Origin: an uncultured Gemmatimonadaceae bacterium
GTDB lineage: Bacteria; Gemmatimonadota; Gemmatimonadetes; Gemmatimonadales; Gemmatimonadaceae
Assembly: GCA_963829055.1 (NCBI GenBank)
Contig: CAWHHI010000009.1
Location: 32,001 to 96,000 of the forward strand
Direction of reading: 5' to 3'
Length of the DNA: 64,000 nucleotides
The notes below the pieces were generated by a model, which searched no databases, had not been told where the DNA came from, and was given only the letters and a program-made list of their open reading frames with translations. The translations under genes and the position numbers were made by a program. Position 1 is the stretch's first letter, and each line of letters opens with the position of its first letter. Below are positions 57,365 through 64,000 of this stretch, in pieces.

Positions 57365-58364
57365 ATGAGGATCGAGGCATACGCGATCCACGAGCCGGGC
57401 GGCGCAGCAGAGCCGTTCGCCTATGAGACGTCACTCGGCAGCGCAGACGTTCTCGTGAGGATCACGCATCGAAGCCTGGCGAGGGGCGACATCCAGTTCA
57501 TCGACAATGCCTGGGGTGATGCTCGGTTCCCACTGGTCCCGGGCCACGAAATCATTGGCATCGTCGAAGCGGCAGGCTCCGACGTCGCCGACCTGCATCC
57601 GGGTGATCGTGTCGGTATCGGGTACCAGCAGCAGGCGTGTTTCGAATGTGCCTTCTGCAGGCGGGGCAGAGAGCAACTGTGCGTTAGGCAGAAAGTCATC
57701 GCCGTCGACTGCTACGGCGGCCTGGCGGAACACATCGTCGTCGATGGTCGGTTCGCATTCCGGCTCCCGCCGCAGATTCGACTCGGCCACATCGACGCCG
57801 TTGCTCTCGTCAGGCCTGACCGTATACGCGGGGATCCTTCGCGCAGGATTGCCTGCCGGCTCCCGAGCGGCGGTGCTCGGCGCGGGAGGACTCGGTCATC
57901 TGGCAATCCAGTTCCTTCACCGGATGGGGCACAGCGTGACCGCGTTCTCGCACTCGCCTAACAAGCGGGGGCTGATCGAGCGCCTGGGAGGGACGTTCGC
58001 GGACAGCTCCGACACGGGGCACCTGACGGAGCACAACGGCGCATTCGACTTCATCCTCTCGACGCTGAATGTCCCGTTCGACCTCGACGCATTCGTCAGA
58101 ATGCTGACGCCAGAGGGGCAGCTCTGCCTGGTCGCGTCGCCGCTGGAGCCGTTATCGCTGAGCGGCGGTCTGTTGAACAACTCTCGGCGATCGATCTATG
58201 GCAACTACATCGGGAGTCGGTCCGAGACCGTGGAGATGCTCGACTTCGCGGCGACGCATGGCATCCGGGCCGTCGTCGATGTGATGCCGTTCGCTCGAGT
58301 GAACGACGCCATCGAGCGGATCCGTCGAAGGGATGTCGCGACGAGTGTCGTGCTGGAGAGTTAG
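57365..58364 (+). CDS. Zinc-type NAD(P)-dependent alcohol dehydrogenase (CAD/Ahr-like; frameshift near 57775)
   Basis: PGHEIIG, CFECAFC...C structural zinc lobe, GAGGLGHLA. Confidence 0.88.
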
Positions 58365-58382
58365 CAGACAGCGGCTGCTATT

Positions 58383-58410
58383 GCCTAACGCCCCAGTCGA
58401 GCTGCGGGGC
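58383..58410 (-). other. 3' half of an attC site
   Basis: Minus strand CCCCGCAGCTCGACTGGGGCGTTAGGC, similar to the 3' end of the attC at 61485. Confidence 0.55.
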
Positions 58411-58824
58411 GTCTACTCGGGCGGGGGCGCAGCATTCTTGCGCGGGTGCGCCACCGAGTGGAGGTACAGCGACTCCACCTTGGCGCGCGCCCACGGCGTC
58501 CTTACGCAAGAACTCGAGCCAGCGGATCCATCGCCGCGCCGGAGCGCGATGGAGGAGGCGTGCCATCCAGGCGGTGAGCGCCGCAAGCAGAATAATGTCG
58601 CCGATCACTGCCGCGGCAGGATAGGAAACGCTGCCCGGCTGGGCCACGAGCCCCGGATTGCGCCCACGTTCCAGCACCAGCCAGGTGAAGCCGGCCCAGT
58701 GTAGAACCAACCAAGAGCGAGTCAGGCGGTGGGGCATTGCCATGCGTTGCGACAAGGTCGCGTGCGGCCTAATGCTGCCGGTAACTCGCGAGCGAGTCGA
58801 AGAAAATCGCGAGTGCAGCGACGC

Positions 58825-59541
58825 CTATCTGAATGGGGGCCTCGGCGTATTCCGCGACATGGGCCACCCAGGATCCAACGTTCCTGTTGCTTCGACGAGC
58901 ATGACGCGACGGTCTCGCCGGTCGCACCGTTCGATCAACCGATCGATCACGCCGACGGGTTGCGTGAGGCCCCTGAGAATTGACTTGGCCTCGGTGAACC
59001 TGCCGAGCTGACGATGTAGCTCGGCCTCGAGGAGGCGCTGGTCAGGCTCATCGCCCAACAACGTGAGGAGAATCTCCATGTTCCGACTGCCTTCCCCGGT
59101 CGGCGGTTCGTCCGGGGAAGCCGGCGGCTCGACGTGCTCACTCGCACCTGAATCTCGTGGCACGGTGCGCGCCTCGACGGACGCCCGGCGGTCGGCATCA
59201 TTGCGGCGCCACCACGCGCGGAGCCGCGCGTCGCGTTGAACGCTGGGAGCGGAGGAAAAATCTCCGCGAGCGAGCGCCGCGTGATACGCCTGCTCGCTCG
59301 GCTCCGCTATCCACGGCATGTCTCGCGACGGCGTTGGGGCTGGTGGTGCATCGGCCTGGTAGAAGCATCGATGGCACCTGGCGCATTCCACGACTGTTGG
59401 CCCGAGATCGGGGAGTGACTCGCGGAAGCCGTCACTCCACGTACGCGATCCCATGAAGGCGATCGAACCGTAGGTCGGCACCTGTGCTCGGGCCGAGCAG
59501 TTCGGGCATGCCAGTGCCGTCAGTGGTCCTGGTGTCGACAT
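58825..59541 (-). CDS. Hypothetical zinc-ribbon protein (cassette-like)
   Basis: CPNC...TWSDG...CARC, C-terminal TPR-like LEAELHRQLGRF. Confidence 0.65.
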   Translation of the reverse strand: MSTPGPLTALACPNCSARAQVPTYGSIAFMGSRTWSDGFRESLPDLGPTVVECARCHRCFYQADAPPAPTPSRDMPWIAEPSEQAYHAALARGDFSSAPSVQRDARLRAWWRRNDADRRASVEARTVPRDSGASEHVEPPASPDEPPTGEGSRNMEILLTLLGDEPDQRLLEAELHRQLGRFTEAKSILRGLTQPVGVIDRLIERCDRRDRRVMLVEATGTLDPGWPMSRNTPRPPFR

Positions 59542-59655
59542 CGGCGAGTCCGTGTGTCCGTCGTGAGGCGTAACGCATTAGGGAATGCGTCGAATCACAT
59601 GCATCCATGCAAGACCGCTGTGGTTCAAGCTAACGATTGGCTTAACGCCTGGCTG

Positions 59656-60063
59656 TCAGGGCCCTTTCGGCAGGGCGGTCGGCGGCCGATCTCGCTCGAG
59701 CAACTGCTCTACGAAGGCGAGCTTCTCCTCGAGCTCTCCCAGCCGGATCTGAGACTCGGCCAGCGCCTCACGCGTGCGATCGAGCTCCTCCATCGCGGAG
59801 ACGGTCGGGCTGGAGTCGGCCTGTAAATAGGCCGTGTACAGCGCGCGGGGTGCATCCACGTAGAGTTCCGTATACCCGCAGGCGCAGCACACTCGCGCGG
59901 TGAGATCGACGCGCTCGGGGCGCTTGAAGAGCATGGCATTCGGCCGACGCTGTACCTCGACCTGGAGGTCATAGCGCATGTTGTCATCGCCTCGCTCGGC
60001 GACGCGCGCTCGCGGGATCACTTCGTTGGAGCTACACCGGGGGCAGAGCAAAGGGTCAGGCAT
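59656..60063 (-). CDS. Hypothetical zinc-ribbon plus coiled-coil protein (gene cassette)
   Basis: CPRC...CCACGYTELY then LGELEEKLAFVEQLL; AGGAG RBS; follows the attC R' at 60167. Confidence 0.7.
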   Translation of the reverse strand: MPDPLLCPRCSSNEVIPRARVAERGDDNMRYDLQVEVQRRPNAMLFKRPERVDLTARVCCACGYTELYVDAPRALYTAYLQADSSPTVSAMEELDRTREALAESQIRLGELEEKLAFVEQLLERDRPPTALPKGP

Positions 60064-60166
60064 ACCCGCTCCTGTCTGAGGGGGACGAGGGGCAGTGCAC
60101 CAGGGCCGAACCGCACAACGCCCAACGCCGCCAACCACAATCGGACGAACACACAGCCCTGTTGCG

Positions 60167-60266
60167 CTCTAACGCCTTAGCTCAGCTCAAGGGAGTCACG
60201 TAAGAGCGCCGAGCGGAGCTCGGCGCAACTCCTGAAATCCCTTGTCAGCTTCAGCGTTCGTTAGGC
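60167..60266 (-). other. Integron attC site
   Basis: Minus strand GCCTAAC-GAACG-CTGAAGCT...AGCTGAG-CTAAGGC-GTTAGAG; the upstream gene's TAA stop lies inside R''. Confidence 0.88.
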
Positions 60267-60860
60267 AACTGCAATGAGAACTGAATCGATAACGTGCTTC
60301 CACTGCGCATTGACAACGCTGATGCGGTCGGCGTAGAACTCGGTTTCTGAATGCTGCGGCGCCAAGAAGAAGACCACATGAGCAGTGCGAAACGCAAGAA
60401 CTTCGGTCGCCCCGGTAGCGTCAGCAATTCGCTGTGACATGTGGTCAATGTACTGCTGGCGATTGCGTCGCGGAAAATGTTGATAGACGAGCACCGAGTG
60501 GCCAGCCAGATAGGTATCCGTCAACTCGCGCCAAAGAAGGTATTTTGGGCTGTTCCGAGTTCCGGCCCGACAGCTGTCAACCTCAAGGCCGTTGTCCGGA
60601 TCGAAGAAAACAAGCTCATGGCCCGTCGCCTGGCGCAACATCTCCTCGAAATGCTGCCGCCTCGCATGTTTATCTTGGGGAACCACTTCTGAGTAAAACC
60701 GAGCTCCAGGCAAAATGTCCGCGGCCGCGACTTGATCGACTGATCGCCGGCCAGCGCGAACCAGCTCAACGAGCGCATCAAACAACTCTGGATCGCGCGG
60801 TCGCCATGCCAATGGGTGCGTCCAGATAGGAGGCGAGCCGCGGACTCGAACTGGCGGTTC
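60261..60860 (-). pseudogene. Probably 5'-truncated hypothetical cassette gene
   Basis: DPELFDAL, LVFFDPDNGLEV and SVLVYQHFPR motifs; no convincing start; abuts the preceding gene with no attC between them. Confidence 0.6.
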
Positions 60861-60872
60861 AGAGTACAGCTG

Positions 60873-61439
60873 TCAGCTCATCAAGCCCGCGAGAACTCCG
60901 TCCGACGTGACTTTGAGAAGTAGGACCTTTGCCTCAGAAGGCGGAGTAGTCATGGGCTCACCCCGCTTTCGGTCTGCGAAATTGACGTGGAGTTCTCGAG
61001 CCTCACTGCGGATCTCCATGGACTGCGGGGCTATTCTGTCGCCAATACGGAATGCGTTGGTTGCCGTGTATCCCCCGGCACTTTTCAGCGCGACAACCAC
61101 GTAGTAGAACGTGCCGCTCCCGCCCGACTCTTGGGTTACCCAGAACGCCAGATCCTCCAGGCCATCGCCATTGAGATCTCCTTCGGCCTCACTGCCAAGG
61201 TAGCGAGTAGTCGTGCTAGCAGAAGAGTTCTCCACTGGCGCGCTCGACACGCCGTTGACCAGCGTGACCAGCGTCCCGTTTACGGTAAAGGACGCATTCC
61301 TGCCAAACGTTGTCGCCTCCACGGGCGGCTGGGATAAGCGTTCGGTGTGCTCCGCGTCTTGCTCTGTAGAGCGACATCCTCCGATTCCTAGAACGCCAAG
61401 AATCATTAGACCGATCGCTTCTCGTTTTATCATGGTCAT
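60873..61439 (-). CDS. Hypothetical lipoprotein (gene cassette)
   Basis: IGGC lipobox, GDLNGDGLED and GGSGTFYYV motifs; starts about 45 nt after the attC R'. Confidence 0.78.
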   Translation of the reverse strand: MTMIKREAIGLMILGVLGIGGCRSTEQDAEHTERLSQPPVEATTFGRNASFTVNGTLVTLVNGVSSAPVENSSASTTTRYLGSEAEGDLNGDGLEDLAFWVTQESGGSGTFYYVVVALKSAGGYTATNAFRIGDRIAPQSMEIRSEARELHVNFADRKRGEPMTTPPSEAKVLLLKVTSDGVLAGLMS

Positions 61440-61484
61440 AGCAGTAGTCGGTGGGACAGCTGGGGTGGTCGTGAACTCTCAGAC

Positions 61485-61582
61485 GTCTAACGCCTGAAGT
61501 TGAGCTGCGAGGGCACCCATAGGATGCGGCGACGCAGCCGCCGCCACCAAATCGCCCTCGACAGCTCCAACGGACGTTAGGC
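61485..61582 (-). other. Integron attC site
   Basis: Minus strand GCCTAAC-GTCCG-TTGGAGCT-GTCGAGGGC...GCCCTCGC-AGCTCAA-CTTCAGGC-GTTAGAC with two unpaired bases on the L'' arm. Confidence 0.9.
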
Positions 61583-62052
61583 TGCAGCCACACGGAACCG
61601 CGGGCTAGATACTCTGGTTCGGCCGTGAGCGCTCGGGCCGAAAGCGAGTGTCGAAAGGTATCGGCGTCGGCGCGGTGCGCGCGTGGAGTTTCGATGCGAC
61701 CTCCCGCCCGTCGACGCGACACCCGAGGCAGTCAGCGTCACGACTTCCGTGAGCGTCCAGCGGACGGCTTGGCCGAAGGTGTTCAGTTTGGCCGTCCGGT
61801 GCAAGCTGACGTCAGACCGATCACATCTCCGCGCCGAGTCTACGGGACGCGTCATCCATGTTCTGCGTCGGCTCGCATTGGAGCCGGCGGCGAGGCCAGG
61901 TCTTGTGGAATCGCTCGCAGCACGGACTCTGCCCCGCGACGGGTTATTTAGCCTGGGTGCAGCGGCGGGCCAGCCTACGTTCCTTAGCTACCCTTTTCGC
62001 GTCGTGCGTGTCCAAGACCCGTTCCCAGGCTACCAAACTCGGAGACTCACCC

Positions 62053-63072
62053 ATGCTGCGACGGGCGGAAATCGGTTTCGCGATGCTCTTGGTTCCTCTC
62101 GTCGGAACCTTGGTAAGTCACCGTTCCACCCAGCCGCCCGGGACCAAGGTCCTGAGTGCCGAGGTCCTGAGGCCGACAGGAGAGTTGCCCAGGGTCGAGG
62201 TCGCAGCTCCGGGACCACGGCTTTGGCTGGCCACGAGCGGCGACGCGAAGGTCTACGTGTTCGGCTTCGGCGAAGCGAAGGATACGTCATGGCTCACGCC
62301 CTCCATTCGGCGCGCCTTCGAGCAAAGCTCCGAGCTCTGGTTGGAGACTGCGGGGCCCAGTGAGCCGACCAACCAAAGTCCAGCCGAGCGACGCGCGGCG
62401 GCGGAGCGAATGAAGCGCCTCGGTTACGAGCCCGGTCGGACTTTGTTCGAATGCGTTGGAGCCGTCGGTCCGGGAACGAACGCTCGCGTACATCGAGGAA
62501 CTCGGAATCAATCGGGACTCGATTCGACCAATGCGTCCCTGGAGGGCATACTACTCAATCGTCCGGGCATTCTGGTCCAAACGACCGGCGACCCACAACC
62601 AAGTCGACGTGGATGCTGTGCTCGGCTCGATGGCGCGGGCTGCCGACAAACGTGTCGACTATGAGTTTCCGAACAGCGAGCCGTTCACGACGCTCCTGGC
62701 TCTGATGCCGGACGCGGCGCAAAGCCAATACATCGAGTGGCTCCTGGATTTTCTGGATGATTACAAGAAAGGGCGCAATGACTCGACCGAATCGTTTCAG
62801 CTGGATCGACGGGGATCCGGGCGATGGTCCGACACGATCGCTCGATCGTATGCGGACCAAGAATGCCTGATCTGTATCAGGTGATGCAGCGGCAGCGGAA
62901 CGGGTGGTGGGCCCGAAAAGTCTTCGAATTGCTGGGGACTAAGGGGACGAGGATCGTCGCGATCGGGCAGCTGCACGTACTCGGGGCCGGATGGGTTACC
63001 TCGGCAACTCGAGCGCCTTGGGGTTACGCTCGAGTTGGTGCAATGACACACCGTCAACTTTGGTGTTGGTGA
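62053..63072 (+). CDS. TraB/GumN-family protein (frameshifted), opposite to the array orientation
   Basis: LWLA...VYVFG, AFEQSSELWLE, MRPW, RNGWW and VAIGQLHVLG motifs. Confidence 0.7.
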
Positions 63073-63127
63073 TGCCCAGCCCATGCGTATCCATGACTTG
63101 ATGGAGTGGTGGTTGTCGCGGTCCAAT

Positions 63128-63249
63128 GCATAACGTCAACCCGCGAGCGCCCGACCGGATGGAGCCAGCGATGGTGAGCTTAGGGTACCGGAATACTGGG
63201 CACGATACCGAATGCTTCTAGCGCTCGTCACCTTCTATGGACGTTAGGC
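63128..63249 (-). other. Degenerate attC site
   Basis: Minus strand GCCTAACGTC...CGAGCGC...GCGCTCG...GACGTTATGC; the stop codon of 63244-63573 lies in R''. Confidence 0.65.
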
Positions 63250-63573
63250 TGGAGGCGGCCCCGACTCGCCGGCCTGAGCGTGCGCCTCAACGAGCGCGAT
63301 GGCGAGCCCGACGAACTCCTCCGGAGGCGGGATGTACGAGCTGGAAGGCGCGGCCCATGCTTGGAGCTCGCGCATAACGGTTTCCACGTCGGCGTTTCCG
63401 TCGAGCACCGCAACCAGCCACTGGGCGGCCTCTCCGAGCGGCTCACCCAAGCCGGGTACGAACTTCGCTCGGGCAAGGACATCTTCGAGCGGCTGTTCAC
63501 GTTTGCGTATGAGAAGGAACAGGGGATCGTCCGGCGGGCGCTCCCAGAACGCGTTTACCATGTCGTCGGACAA
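63244..63573 (-). CDS. Hypothetical protein (gene cassette)
   Basis: Starts about 25 nt after GTTAGGC (63605-63599) with a GGGAG RBS and ends in the GCCTAAC of the next attC. Confidence 0.68.
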   Translation of the reverse strand: MSDDMVNAFWERPPDDPLFLLIRKREQPLEDVLARAKFVPGLGEPLGEAAQWLVAVLDGNADVETVMRELQAWAAPSSSYIPPPEEFVGLAIALVEAHAQAGESGPPPA

Positions 63574-63598
63574 CGTAGGCTCCCTAATGTGTACGTCA

Positions 63599-63711
63599 GC
63601 CTAACGCCAAATGGGTTGTCACGTTATCTCGCGAAGCCGACCCAAATGCTGTGGGGCTTCGCAAGATATGCCGTTGGTGTCCGGAAGAGCAAACGCTAAG
63701 CCGCTTGGCGG
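63599..63711 (-). other. Degenerate attC site (R' intact, R'' decayed)
   Basis: GGCGTTAGGC R'; internal stem TATCTCGCGAAGCC/GGCTTCGCAAGATA. Confidence 0.45.
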
Positions 63712-64000
63712 CATGAGGTTGTGCGCCCAGGAAGCGGCGGTAGGCGGTTTCGTCTTGCGAGGGCTCGCAGGATATCGGCGCCAGGCGACCACGGGATTCA
63801 TAGCATCCCATACGGCACCCATAGAGTCCGCTCGTTGCCCGATCACGAAACTTGCCAGCCCCGCCACACTTCGCGCCCGCGCCGCCGCTGAGATCTGGTT
63901 CCTTGCTGTCGTCGAAGCAACGTGCCGCGCCGCTCGAGCCACGCTGGCGGAGTCGGTTTGCCGGCGCGCTCTTCGTCCGACCAACATGGTTGCGCCGGCA

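Noticed and set aside
58378..58755. 125-aa minus-strand ORF as an intact cassette gene
   Set aside because: The hydrophobic start is plausible, but the second half reads through attC-derived sequence; boundaries cannot be supported.
107..63605. GTTAGGC as a Chi or KOPS site, or as a telomere-like repeat
   Set aside because: It occurs on both strands in similar numbers within one window and never in tandem.
1..64000. tRNA, rRNA, transposase, integrase or prophage genes
   Set aside because: None recognised in any frame.

Overview
A 64 kb window of high-GC bacterial DNA. The gene mix (SusC/SusD pair, TPR Ser/Thr kinase, VPS10/BNR hydrolase, S9 peptidases, Wzi/SLBB capsule genes) suggests Gemmatimonadota, which is an inference. 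Many genes carry single-base frameshifts, most likely uncorrected long-read errors. From left to right the window holds: a GntR-linked S9 peptidase/SusC/SusD/aconitase X locus, miscellaneous accessory genes, an actinobacterial-type ileS with a complete translational T-box, an exopolysaccharide/capsule cluster, a GntP/FAD-FeS oxidoreductase/enoyl-CoA hydratase operon, and a minus-strand integron-like cassette array at the right end (no integrase in the window). The strongest unexplained signal is the heptamer GTTAGGC/GCCTAAC, seen roughly 55-60 times by eye. It occurs on both strands and inside coding sequences in four reading frames, forcing rare codons, and it is identical to the integron attC crossover core. 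Other notable structures are co-oriented attC half-sites spread over about 50 kb, a 487-bp foldback element built from 17-bp tandem repeats, and a 414-bp nested palindrome. Coordinates of frameshifted genes are approximate.
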